Source: an archaeon
GTDB lineage: Archaea > Nanobdellota > Nanobdellia > WJKC01
Length of the DNA: 35,309 nucleotides
Direction: 5' to 3'
Assembly: GCA_014729335.1 (NCBI GenBank)
Contig: WJKC01000018.1
Location: forward strand, 1-35,309
The notes below the pieces were generated by a model. It did no database searches. It was not told the origin of the DNA and was given only the letters and a program-made list of their open reading frames with translations. Position 1 is the first letter of the stretch. Each line of letters opens with the position of its first letter. The translations under genes were made by a program, and so were the position numbers. Positions 7,461 through 16,082 of this stretch are shown here, piece after piece.

Positions 7461-8236
7461 CCAATCACCCTGAACACCACGTAAATAATTAGTAATACAA
7501 CAGATAAAGCAATTAATAACTTATCAGTTAAGGTTATGTTCTCAACATACAATGAAGTCTTATCTGCTGTTGAACTAAAACCCCTGACCTCTAAAGCAAT
7601 TGTCCGCTCATAAACCTTCATCACGCTGCCAAGAACTATAGGCCCTAGTAATGGCACGTAAGCACCCAGTCTCTTAGTAATACTGCCCTTAGTCTCAAGA
7701 CCCCTGGCCCGCTGGGCGTCAATAATAGTTTCAGCCTCCCGCAGCATTAAAGGCACAATCTGAAGAGTCGCGTTAACTAGGAAGCCTAGTTTATGAGGAA
7801 AGCCAATAGTCCTTAAAGAAGTAACCATCCTGCCAGGATAAGTGGTGAGGATGAACAAGTAAAAAACACTGATTAAAGCACTAATCTTAAAACCAAAGAA
7901 TAATCCATAATAAAAACCTTCAAGCGAGATATTAATAGTATAAAAGGAGAATAATACTTCCTCACTGATGCCAAAAGGATTGAACAAGCCGTGAATCATC
8001 AAAGAGAAAAGGAATATTGGACCAATCATGAAAACAAGGCCCTTAATAAAATCCCTCCCAACCTTCCCAAGGAAAGCCAATAAAAGAATTATAATATTAA
8101 CAACTATGAAAAGGGTCATTGACCCTGAAAACAGGAATAAAACAACCACTAAGGAGACCCATGAGAACTTAACTAACGGGTTTAAAGAGTGAATCACTGA
8201 ATCCTTCTTAATATAATTAGTCTTGAGAAAAGCCAT
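7457..8236 (-). CDS. ecfT: ECF transporter transmembrane (T) component (cassette 1)
   Basis: CbiQ/EcfT-like polytopic protein with the coupling motif AQRARGLETKG. Confidence 0.85.
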   Translation of the reverse strand: MAFLKTNYIKKDSVIHSLNPLVKFSWVSLVVVLFLFSGSMTLFIVVNIIILLLAFLGKVGRDFIKGLVFMIGPIFLFSLMIHGLFNPFGISEEVLFSFYTINISLEGFYYGLFFGFKISALISVFYLFILTTYPGRMVTSLRTIGFPHKLGFLVNATLQIVPLMLREAETIIDAQRARGLETKGSITKRLGAYVPLLGPIVLGSVMKVYERTIALEVRGFSSTADKTSLYVENITLTDKLLIALSVVLLIIYVVFRVIG

Positions 8237-8277
8237 TTAAGAAAAAAATAAGAAAAGAAAAATTATAAACCCTTTGA

Positions 8278-8883
8278 TTACTTATTCCTAAGCATTCTGG
8301 AAGGCAGTTTCTTCATAACCGCGAACACGATGAATACAGACAATACTTTATCAAGCAAGTCAGTCACTAACTCGCTGCCAAAAACAGCGGTTAACAACCC
8401 GGTTGATTCCTCGGTTCCAAGAATCATAGCAGTTATCAAGTCAGCGCCAGCACCAGTAACGCCGCCAAAGAAATAGACGGTTATGGGAGCTGAGATAACA
8501 GTTGCAGCAAAAGCCAGTATCAAACCAGTGCCTAATACTTCAACCCAGTTAGACTTCTCAGTGAACCTGCCGGTCTTATACATGTAACCGGCAATCAAAC
8601 CAATAACCGCGTTAACAATACCATAAGCAGCGCCTATCGGGTCAAAAGTAAAGTTCTTAACAAGGTTTGTCAAGCCTCCTGCGGCAAAACCAACCCATGG
8701 ACCAGCCAGCACAGCGGCAATAATGGTTCCAATCGTATCGCCCCAGATAGGAAGCTTAAGTGTCTGAACCAGGAAACCGCCAGCCCAGTTAATACCAATA
8801 GCAATTGGTATTAACGCTAATCCGTAAGTGCTGAACTCCTTCTTTAATTCTTCCAGAAAACCTTTCTTAGTTTTTTTAGCCAT
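8278..8883 (-). CDS. putative ECF substrate-capture (S) component, substrate unknown (cassette 1)
   Basis: About six TM helices and a lysine-rich N-terminal tail. It sits directly upstream of ecfT-ecfA1-ecfA2 and has a paralog at 14030-14668. The start abuts the stop of the phosphorylase gene. Confidence 0.6.
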   Translation of the reverse strand: MAKKTKKGFLEELKKEFSTYGLALIPIAIGINWAGGFLVQTLKLPIWGDTIGTIIAAVLAGPWVGFAAGGLTNLVKNFTFDPIGAAYGIVNAVIGLIAGYMYKTGRFTEKSNWVEVLGTGLILAFAATVISAPITVYFFGGVTGAGADLITAMILGTEESTGLLTAVFGSELVTDLLDKVLSVFIVFAVMKKLPSRMLRNK

Positions 8884-9633
8884 TTATTTATCCCTCAATT
8901 TTTTTATCGCAGATAAAGCGACCATGATTGAATTACGCTCACCTTCATAAGCAGGTCCTTTACGACTACTAATCTGCTCAACGTAATCAGTGATACCGCC
9001 CTCAGGCTCCTCAACATGAAACTCTGAAACAATATTCAAGATACTGCCGGTCTTAACCTTTAATAACCTGCTAATAATAAATAATGGTGATGTTTCAAAG
9101 TCACTTCCTAATAAGCCAACCCTTGACCAGAACTGCTCAACCTTGTCATTATCAGGCTGGTAAAAACCGTCATGACTGCGGGTAACACCCTCATGATACT
9201 TAACACCTAATCCCTCAGCACTCTTAACAAGGGCTTTCAGCACTTTCTTATTAGGGTAAGCGGGAGTTGATTTATCAGCGTACAATCTTGACACCCCGTC
9301 CTCTCGCACGCAAGAACTAGGTATTATTAACTCACCCTCCTTCATACCCTTCTGAAGAGCCCCGCTGCTGCCAACCCTTATTAAAACCTGAGCACCACAT
9401 TTAACTAATTCATGAATAGCAATCGCAATGCTTGGACCACCCATGCCGGTTGAGCAGACAGTTACTGGAACCCCCTTATAATCACCGTTATAAACCAAGT
9501 AACCTCTATAATCACTAATCTTCTTAGCATTCTTTAAGTGCTTTGCAATCCTTAAAACCCTCCCGGGGTCGCCGGGCAATAAGCAGTACTTATTAACATC
9601 CTTTTTACCAACCCTCAAGTGCGGCTGCTTCAT
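8884..9633 (-). CDS. nucleoside phosphorylase, NP-I family (Udp/DeoD-like), paralog 1
   Basis: LLPGDPGRV, CSTGMGGPSIAIAIHEL, IRVGSSGAL, DGFYQPD and SDFETS resemble E. coli Udp (CSTGIGGPSTSIAVEEL) and DeoD. Confidence 0.85.
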   Translation of the reverse strand: MKQPHLRVGKKDVNKYCLLPGDPGRVLRIAKHLKNAKKISDYRGYLVYNGDYKGVPVTVCSTGMGGPSIAIAIHELVKCGAQVLIRVGSSGALQKGMKEGELIIPSSCVREDGVSRLYADKSTPAYPNKKVLKALVKSAEGLGVKYHEGVTRSHDGFYQPDNDKVEQFWSRVGLLGSDFETSPLFIISRLLKVKTGSILNIVSEFHVEEPEGGITDYVEQISSRKGPAYEGERNSIMVALSAIKKLRDK

Positions 9634-9676
9634 TTATAACTAAGTATTACAGCATCCTCTAATAAAAACCTTACTT
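9634..9676 (-). promoter_or_regulatory. promoter/5' element of cassette 1, conserved with 15401-15443
   Basis: The minus strand reads AAGTAAGGTTTTTATTAGAGGATGCTGTAATACTTAGTTATAA then ATG. The TATA TTTTTATTA has 26 nt between its end and the ATG. 40/43 positions are identical to the cassette-2 upstream region. Confidence 0.7.
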
Positions 9677-9678
9677 AC

Positions 9679-10089
9679 TTAAATAGTTAGGAAAATAATG
9701 CTGATAATTGAAAAGATTAGTCCAATAACCACTCGCTTATCAACTTTTTCTTTCAAGAAAACAAATCCAAGCAGTGATGGTATCAAAGTAATGCCGACGT
9801 TGTGCAGTGGTACAACCCTTGAAGCACTGGTTAAACTAATAGCCAGGTAATAAAATGATAAACCAGTTGACACAAGGAAGCCTGATAACAAGGCAACACC
9901 CAGCTCCCTCTTACTAAGCCTTGGAGTCAAACCCTTATAAAGAAGGTAAGAACTAACTCCCACAAAGCTCCCGAAGTACTGGAATAAAAGAATAACTAAT
10001 GGGTGAACACTAAGGGAAAAAAACTTAACAAGAAACAATACTGTGCCCTGGATAACCATTGCAAAAAGAGAGAATAACAGCCAGTTCAA
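9679..10089 (-). CDS. EamA-domain half-transporter (DMT superfamily), second of a pair
   Basis: 136 aa, 4-5 TM helices, EamA-like. 4-nt overlap with the upstream paralog. Confidence 0.6.
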   Translation of the reverse strand: MNWLLFSLFAMVIQGTVLFLVKFFSLSVHPLVILLFQYFGSFVGVSSYLLYKGLTPRLSKRELGVALLSGFLVSTGLSFYYLAISLTSASRVVPLHNVGITLIPSLLGFVFLKEKVDKRVVIGLIFSIISIIFLTI

Positions 10090-10493
10090 GGCTGCTCACC
10101 TCCAAGCAAGTAGACAGCTGTTACACCAAAGAACAAACCTAATACTAAGTTAAACGTTAATGGCTCGCTTAAAAAAACCAGTCCAAGAACAGCTGTTACC
10201 AGCATCTTAAGATTAAACACGGGCGAGACCCTTGACAACGAACCCTTCTTAAGAGCAAGGTAGAAGAAAGCAATACCCAGAACATAAAAAAAACCTAACA
10301 AGAATATTAAATAACCTCCCTGCTCAAGCCTTGCCTGAAGTAAAAAGGAATAAAACCAGACCAAGGGGATGGCAATCAAGTACTGGTAAAAAAGAACAAC
10401 CAAAGGGTTAACATCCTTAAACAACTTCTTAACCAGGAAAGTGCTGAGGCTCATCAAGACAAAAGCAATAACAACATATAACAACCATAACAT
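10086..10493 (-). CDS. EamA-domain half-transporter (DMT superfamily), first of a pair
   Basis: 135 aa, 4-5 TM helices, same architecture as 9679-10089. Confidence 0.6.
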   Translation of the reverse strand: MLWLLYVVIAFVLMSLSTFLVKKLFKDVNPLVVLFYQYLIAIPLVWFYSFLLQARLEQGGYLIFLLGFFYVLGIAFFYLALKKGSLSRVSPVFNLKMLVTAVLGLVFLSEPLTFNLVLGLFFGVTAVYLLGGEQP

Positions 10494-10539
10494 TAACTTA
10501 AAGCAAGGTTTTTATTAAATAAAAGAGTTTAGTAAAAAA

Positions 10540-11067
10540 ATGATGGAAGCATTAAAAGCAATCAACACCAGAAGAAGCGTCAGGAAGTATAAAAAGAAAA
10601 AGGTTCCTAAAAAAATAATCAAAGAACTAATCAATGCAGCGCGCAACGCGCCGTCAAGTTATAATGAGCAGCCATGGGTGTTCATTACAATCACTGACAA
10701 GGAAAAACTAAGAAAAATCGCTGAGCCGGAAGAGCAGAAAAGCAACTTCTTAAAAGACGCTCCATTAGTAATCGCGTGCTGTTATGATGAAAAAAAGAGC
10801 AGCACTAAGATACATAACCTTGAGAACGTCGCAGTCGCGGCTGAGAACATCCTAATAGCAGCTAATGCCTTGGGTTTAGGCGCCTGCTACGTGACAGCCT
10901 TCACATCAAAGTACCCGGTGATTGAGAAAAGAATAAGAAAAGTATTGAAGCTCCCGGGAAACGTTCACCCTGTATGCTTAATAACTATTGGCTACCCTGA
11001 CGAGGAACCAGTTGATAAAGAAATGAGGCCGTTGAAAGAAGTGTGGAAAAAGGAGGAGTACGTATAA
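10540..11067 (+). CDS. nitroreductase family protein
   Basis: RRSVRKYKKK..V....I..L..AARNAPSSYNEQPW and GLGACYV are nitroreductase-fold motifs. Confidence 0.85.
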   Translation: MMEALKAINTRRSVRKYKKKKVPKKIIKELINAARNAPSSYNEQPWVFITITDKEKLRKIAEPEEQKSNFLKDAPLVIACCYDEKKSSTKIHNLENVAVAAENILIAANALGLGACYVTAFTSKYPVIEKRIRKVLKLPGNVHPVCLITIGYPDEEPVDKEMRPLKEVWKKEEYV

Positions 11068-11577
11068 ATGGACGCTGTTAAAGCAGTGATGACTCGCAGG
11101 AGTATCAGGAAATACAAAAAAAAGGATGTTCCTAAAAAGCTAATAATGAAATTAATTGACGCTGCAAGGCAGGCGCCCAGCGCCTACAATGACCAGCCGT
11201 GGGAGTTCATAGTAGTTAAGAACAAGGAGACGATGAAGAAAATAACCAAGTACAAAAGCAAGTTCATGCTTGACGCGCCGGTATGGATTTTCTGCGGTTA
11301 TAATAAAAATAAAAGCAGCACTGAACACGACCTTGAGAACACTGCCCTGGCAATCGAGAACTTATTAATAACAGCCCATGCCATGGGCTTAGGAGCAGTT
11401 TACACAGGCGGTTACGACCCGGGAGATAAAAGTTTAGAAAAAGCAATCAGCAAAGCACTTAACCTGCCTAAGAATGTTCACATTGTATCAATAGTCTGCG
11501 TTGGCTGGCCTGACGAGGAGCCAGGGGAGAAAGAGATGAGACCATTAAGCAACATGACTCACTTCGAGACCTTCTGA
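11068..11577 (+). CDS. nitroreductase family protein (tandem paralog)
   Basis: RRSIRKYKKK, AARQAPSAYNDQPWEF and GLGAVYTG. GGAGGAG lies 11 nt upstream of the ATG. Confidence 0.85.
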   Translation: MDAVKAVMTRRSIRKYKKKDVPKKLIMKLIDAARQAPSAYNDQPWEFIVVKNKETMKKITKYKSKFMLDAPVWIFCGYNKNKSSTEHDLENTALAIENLLITAHAMGLGAVYTGGYDPGDKSLEKAISKALNLPKNVHIVSIVCVGWPDEEPGEKEMRPLSNMTHFETF

Positions 11578-12371
11578 AGCTCCTTAACTAACTCATTAAT
11601 TGTTAACACATCACTTGGCATGCCCTTAACACCCTGACCCAACTGGGTTATTAACGGCGGCTTCAAATAAGTCTTGTTAAGCAGTTTTTTCTTAGTAAAA
11701 GCCTTCTTAGGCGAGCCTTCAAATATTACTCGTGAATCATACATCATTACCACGCGGTCAGCAACTTTTGAAACAAGCTCCATGTTATGCGAGATGATGA
11801 TAACTGTATGCTCTTTCCTTAACTTATTAATAAGTGATTCAACCTTAACTATCCCCTGATGGTCCTGGCCGTTAGTGGGCTCGTCAAGTATTATCACATC
11901 AGGCTTCATCGCAATGATTGAAGCCATGGTTACGAGCTTCTTATCATTAAGATTCATGTCAAGCGGGTGTTTTTTACGGGACTCCCATAAACCAACCATT
12001 TTAAGAGCGTTCTTAACACTTGACTTCAACTCTTTTCCTTTAAAGCCAAGGTTCTTAGGTCCAAAAGCCACCTCTTCATAAACCTTGCTCATGAATAACT
12101 GGTCATCAGGGTCCTGGAAAACGTAGCCGACAATCTTTGATAACTGGGCAGTTGTTAAATCCCTAGTATCCTTACCCTCAACAAGCACCTCGCCCTTAGT
12201 CGGCTTAAGCAGCCCGTTGAAATGCTTGACAAGCGTTGTCTTGCCGCTGCCATTCTGCCCAATAATAGCGGTTACCTCGTCCTCATTAAGCTCTAAATTA
12301 ATATCACGAAGAGCAGTCACCTTAGCCGGGTAAGTAAAAGTCACCTTGCTGGCTTTAATAATCGGCGTCAC
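11559..12371 (-). CDS. ecfA2: ECF transporter ATPase, EcfA2-like, with a degenerate ABC signature (cassette 2)
   Basis: Walker A GQNGSGKTT and Walker B VIILDEPTNGQD are present. MNLND stands in place of LSGGQ. GTG start in a GTGA overlap, as in cassette 1. Confidence 0.85.
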   Translation of the reverse strand: MTPIIKASKVTFTYPAKVTALRDINLELNEDEVTAIIGQNGSGKTTLVKHFNGLLKPTKGEVLVEGKDTRDLTTAQLSKIVGYVFQDPDDQLFMSKVYEEVAFGPKNLGFKGKELKSSVKNALKMVGLWESRKKHPLDMNLNDKKLVTMASIIAMKPDVIILDEPTNGQDHQGIVKVESLINKLRKEHTVIIISHNMELVSKVADRVVMMYDSRVIFEGSPKKAFTKKKLLNKTYLKPPLITQLGQGVKGMPSDVLTINELVKELQKVSK

Positions 12372-13219
12372 TTCTTAACCACCTTCTTAATCATCTTCTT
12401 AGCATCACCCAGGGTCAAGCATAAAGAACCCTTATACAAGCCCTCCTTAATTAACTGCTCAGATAACTGTGTATAAACAGAGGGGATAATTCCATTACGT
12501 CTTAATAATTTAACATCAGTTAGTATTTTCCTAGCTTTATCAACCTTAACCAGCTTGTTTTTATTAAGAATTGCAACCCTGTCAGCGAACTCAGCCAAGT
12601 AGTTAATCTTCTGAGTGTTAAGGATAATGGTTATACCCTTCTTAGCCAGCTTCTTAATAAGGTCAAAAACCTGAGAAGTGCCCAGCGGGTCAAGCTGGGC
12701 AGTCGGCTCATCCAGCACAAGTATCCGCGGCTGCATTATTAACACGCTGGCAATAGCAACTTTTTGCTGCTGGCCCCCTGATAACTCAAAAGGACTGCGA
12801 TTCCTAAAAGACTCTAAACCAATTAGTTTAACCATCTTCTTAACACGCTTATTCATCTCTTTTTGGGGGACGCCCAGGTTCTCCAGTCCAAAAGCCAGTT
12901 CCTCCTCAACAGTTGTCCCAGCACCGGTTAACTGGGTGTCAGGCGACTGGAAAATCAAACCTACACGGGTTGATAACTCGGCAATGCTTGACTCCTCAAC
13001 ACTTAAACCATCAACCACTAATTCGCCTTTAATCCTGCCAGGGAAGAAGTGAGGGATTAATCCGAGCATTGTCATACAGAAAGTGCTCCTGCCTGAGCCA
13101 ACGCGGCCAATAACACCAAGGAACTCCCCCTCCTTAACTGACAGGTTAATATTCCTAAGAGTAGGTTTTTTATAACCTTGATAAGTCCATGAGAAATCCT
13201 TAAACTTTACAATAGCCAT
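12368..13219 (-). CDS. ecfA1: ECF transporter ATPase, EcfA1-like (cassette 2)
   Basis: Walker A GRVGSGRST, signature SGGQQQKV, Walker B ILVLDEPTAQLD. Confidence 0.9.
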   Translation of the reverse strand: MAIVKFKDFSWTYQGYKKPTLRNINLSVKEGEFLGVIGRVGSGRSTFCMTMLGLIPHFFPGRIKGELVVDGLSVEESSIAELSTRVGLIFQSPDTQLTGAGTTVEEELAFGLENLGVPQKEMNKRVKKMVKLIGLESFRNRSPFELSGGQQQKVAIASVLIMQPRILVLDEPTAQLDPLGTSQVFDLIKKLAKKGITIILNTQKINYLAEFADRVAILNKNKLVKVDKARKILTDVKLLRRNGIIPSVYTQLSEQLIKEGLYKGSLCLTLGDAKKMIKKVVKK

Positions 13220-13983
13220 GAAACCACCCCGTAAATAATTGAAAGAATAATTGAGCTGGCAGTTATTAATTTATCCTGCTTAGTGAACTTAACATCGCGG
13301 TACCTGGTCTTATCACACTCAGCCCTAAAAGCCCTAGCCTCCAACGCCATTGCCCGCTCAACAGCGTTCTGAACCGAGCCCATGAATAAAGGACCAAGCA
13401 ATGGAGTATAAGCTTTCAAACGCTTAATAACACTACCCTGAGTCTCCAAGCCCCTGCTCCGCTGGGCTTCAATAATAACCTCTGTCTGGGAAGTGACCCG
13501 CGGGATTAACTGCAGTGTAGTTATTAAAACATAGCCAAGCCAGTGAGGCATGCCCCGCTCCTTTAACTCTGACACCAAGTCCCCGGGGTGAGTGGTTAAG
13601 ACAAATAAGTAACCATAAACCATGATGACTAACAAGCGGGCTGAGATATCCACTGCGTATAATAATCCTTCAAGCCAGATAGCAAACCCGAAAGGGAGCT
13701 GGACCAGCACTGTCTCCCTGAAAGGATAAAAGAAACTCTGAATACCAAACAAGAACACGAAGATAATGAACAAATAACGGAGCGGTTTAAAAACCTGTCT
13801 TAACAGTTTTGCCTCATAAGCAAATGGTATGATGAAAAAGAAAAGTATTAAGTTATACATAAAATTCTTCAACAAGAAGCTGAGGGTTATAGCACAAACA
13901 GCTAACACTAATTTTGTTAAAGGGTTCAACTTATGGAAAAAGGACTTCTTTTTAACATAAGAGATTAACACTGCCTCGGGCAT
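13207..13983 (-). CDS. ecfT: ECF transporter T component (cassette 2)
   Basis: Paralog of 7457-8236; AQRSRGLETQG coupling motif. Confidence 0.85.
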   Translation of the reverse strand: MPEAVLISYVKKKSFFHKLNPLTKLVLAVCAITLSFLLKNFMYNLILFFFIIPFAYEAKLLRQVFKPLRYLFIIFVFLFGIQSFFYPFRETVLVQLPFGFAIWLEGLLYAVDISARLLVIMVYGYLFVLTTHPGDLVSELKERGMPHWLGYVLITTLQLIPRVTSQTEVIIEAQRSRGLETQGSVIKRLKAYTPLLGPLFMGSVQNAVERAMALEARAFRAECDKTRYRDVKFTKQDKLITASSIILSIIYGVVSWLL

Positions 13984-14029
13984 TGTATTAAAGAATAATT
14001 AAATAAAAGAATAAAAAGTTATTGTCCTG

Positions 14030-14668
14030 TTATCTTATCTTGCTCGCGTACTTAAACATTCTCGCGTAGCGGTCTGGCAACCGCTTAATAGACAACCACG
14101 GCACGAATACGGCTATCACCGCCTTATCCAGTATCTCAACCAGGAACCTTGATGCAAATATTGAGGTCCAGAAGTTCTGACCCATTGCCAGGAAGAAACC
14201 AAACACCAAGTCAATTCCAGCGCCTGAGACGCCGCCCCTGACAAATACCACGATTACTGAACTAATAGCTGCTGCTGTCACGGCTATTCCCACGCCGCCA
14301 AGAAATACCTGCCACCACTTCTTAAACCAGCCCTTGTAAGTGAAATAACCTGCTAGCATTCCTATACCTAACTGCACTGTTCCGAAGAACACTGAAGTCG
14401 CGCGTCCATAAATAAGCGCTGTGACAACGTTAGTCAAAAAACCGCCCACGCCCGCGACCCAAGGCCCGCATAGCATTGCAGTAAAGATTGTTCCAATAGT
14501 ATCCAGCCATATTGGCAGTCCAAGCGCCTGGTGTATCAACCTGCCTGCCTGGTTAATACCAATAGCGATTGGTATCATAACTATCGCAACTGTCGTGAAC
14601 TCGGATTTTATTCGTTCAATAATCCCCTTCTTTGCCTTTGTTTTTTTCTTTGTTTTTTTCTTAACCAA
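14030..14668 (-). CDS. putative ECF S component (cassette 2)
   Basis: Paralog of 8278-8883 (IPIAIGINQAG..LP IWLDTIGTI..LCGPW). TTG start with GGAGGTGGG 5-13 nt upstream, inside the end of the phosphorylase gene. Confidence 0.6.
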   Translation of the reverse strand: MVKKKTKKKTKAKKGIIERIKSEFTTVAIVMIPIAIGINQAGRLIHQALGLPIWLDTIGTIFTAMLCGPWVAGVGGFLTNVVTALIYGRATSVFFGTVQLGIGMLAGYFTYKGWFKKWWQVFLGGVGIAVTAAAISSVIVVFVRGGVSGAGIDLVFGFFLAMGQNFWTSIFASRFLVEILDKAVIAVFVPWLSIKRLPDRYARMFKYASKIR

Positions 14669-15400
14669 TCAACCCACCTCCTCTAATTTTTTAATAGCAT
14701 TAAGAGCCACCATTATAGCGTTCTTCTCTCCCCGACGCCTCTCTTTTTCCTGTTTAATAATATCCTTATGAGTTTGCTTCTCAGCAATGTTCAACCCGCC
14801 GTAAGCAATGAATCCGGCCCGAACACCCCTCAGCCTCGCCAGTATGAAAAGCATTGATGACTCCATATCACTCGCGAGAACCCCTCTCTTTGACCACTCC
14901 ATCATCTGCTCCCGATGACTCTTTGAGTAAAAAGCGTCAGTGCACATTGTCAAGCCGTAATGAAACTTCTTGCCTGACTCACGGGCGCTGTTAATCAAAG
15001 CATTAAGAACATCATAATTAGGCACTGCTGCGAACTCGTAGCGCTCGTACGCAAGAGTACTGTCCTCCTCCTTACACACACCAGTGCTGATAACCAAGTC
15101 CCCGGTCTTCATACCTTTCTGAAGCATGCCGCAGCTGCCTGCCCGGATAATAGTCTTAGCACCAACATTGATTAACTCCTCAATAGCTACTGCAGCGCTC
15201 GGACCACCAATACCAGTATTACAGATGGTTACCGGCACTCCCTTGTACTCGCCGTTGGCAATAATGTAACCACGATTAACACTAACCTTCTCAGCTTTAT
15301 CAAGCAGCTTCATGATAACGTCAACCCTTTCAGGCCTGCCAACTATTAAGCAGTAATCATTAACCTCTCCCTTGTCCACCCTCAAGTGCGGCTGCTTCAT
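14669..15400 (-). CDS. nucleoside phosphorylase, NP-I family (Udp/DeoD-like), paralog 2
   Basis: CNTGIGGPSAAVAIEEL, IRAGSCGML, DAFYS, SDMESS and GVRAGFIA. The first 8 codons are identical in DNA to paralog 1. Confidence 0.85.
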   Translation of the reverse strand: MKQPHLRVDKGEVNDYCLIVGRPERVDVIMKLLDKAEKVSVNRGYIIANGEYKGVPVTICNTGIGGPSAAVAIEELINVGAKTIIRAGSCGMLQKGMKTGDLVISTGVCKEEDSTLAYERYEFAAVPNYDVLNALINSARESGKKFHYGLTMCTDAFYSKSHREQMMEWSKRGVLASDMESSMLFILARLRGVRAGFIAYGGLNIAEKQTHKDIIKQEKERRRGEKNAIMVALNAIKKLEEVG

Positions 15401-15443
15401 CTATAGCTAAGTATTACAGCCTCCTCTAATAAAAACCTTACTT
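15401..15443 (-). promoter_or_regulatory. promoter/5' element of cassette 2, conserved with 9634-9676
   Basis: The minus strand reads AAGTAAGGTTTTTATTAGAGGAGGCTGTAATACTTAGCTATAG then ATG. It is squeezed between the trmJ stop codon and the ATG. Confidence 0.7.
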
Positions 15444-16082
15444 TAATTGTTTTTCAAGCTCAGTGAGCAAACCCATCAACGCTTTAGCCTCTGATTCATA
15501 AATAATTGAGCGGTTAAACACGTTCTTAAGGTATTCCTTCAATGACTCGTCACGTCCGCATAAATCGCTCAGGTTATAAAACCGCTTAAGAATCTCACCC
15601 CTATAACCAGCTGAGATTGACTTCTTATTTAAACCACTAACCTTAAGCTCATAAAGAATTATTGCTACTGCATGGCTAAGGTTAAGTGATGAGTAACTAG
15701 TGCTAGTTGGTATTGTAATGACAGTATCACACTTCTTAAGAACTCTGTTTGGCAAACCATTATCCTCTCTTCCAAATAGCATCACTGCCTCACTTGGCAG
15801 AAAACCTAGTTTATCAGGGGTTGCTGCCTGCCGGTGAGTCTTGCGAGTGAAAGCCTTGCTAGTAGTGCCAGCAACATAGTGCTTGAATAATTCACGCTCA
15901 CCAACCAATTTAGCCTCACTTAATATGTCAACCCCGTGGCAAGCCCTTTGCAAAGACTCATTATCAAGGTGGCTGCACTGAGGGTTAACTAATAATAATT
16001 CTTTAAAACCAAAATTCTTCATTGCCCTGGCAACAGCGCCGATATTACCCGGTGTTATTGTTTCAAACAAGGCTATCCTCAT
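15438..16082 (-). CDS. trmJ: SpoU/TrmH-family tRNA 2'-O-methyltransferase (TrmJ-like)
   Basis: MRIALFETITPGNIGAVARAMKNFGFKELLLVNP is a typical TrmJ N-terminus; the C-terminal LNLSHAVAIILYEL marks the knot region. ATG 16082 is preferred over the ORF-track start at 16112. Confidence 0.8.
   Translation of the reverse strand: MRIALFETITPGNIGAVARAMKNFGFKELLLVNPQCSHLDNESLQRACHGVDILSEAKLVGERELFKHYVAGTTSKAFTRKTHRQAATPDKLGFLPSEAVMLFGREDNGLPNRVLKKCDTVITIPTSTSYSSLNLSHAVAIILYELKVSGLNKKSISAGYRGEILKRFYNLSDLCGRDESLKEYLKNVFNRSIIYESEAKALMGLLTELEKQLK

Noticed and set aside
9634-9676. A riboswitch or long structured leader controlling the ECF/nucleoside operons.
   Set aside because: The TATA box has only 26 nt between its end and the ATG in both copies. 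The transcripts are therefore leaderless or nearly so, leaving no room for an aptamer. The conserved segment is more likely a DNA operator or a very short 5' element.
5824-15400. The two ECF/phosphorylase cassettes as an assembly duplication artefact or a very recent duplication.
   Set aside because: The proteins differ at roughly 40-50% of positions, the intergenic spacers differ, and the start codons differ (ATG versus TTG for the S gene). Only the 66-nt 5' segment is near-identical.
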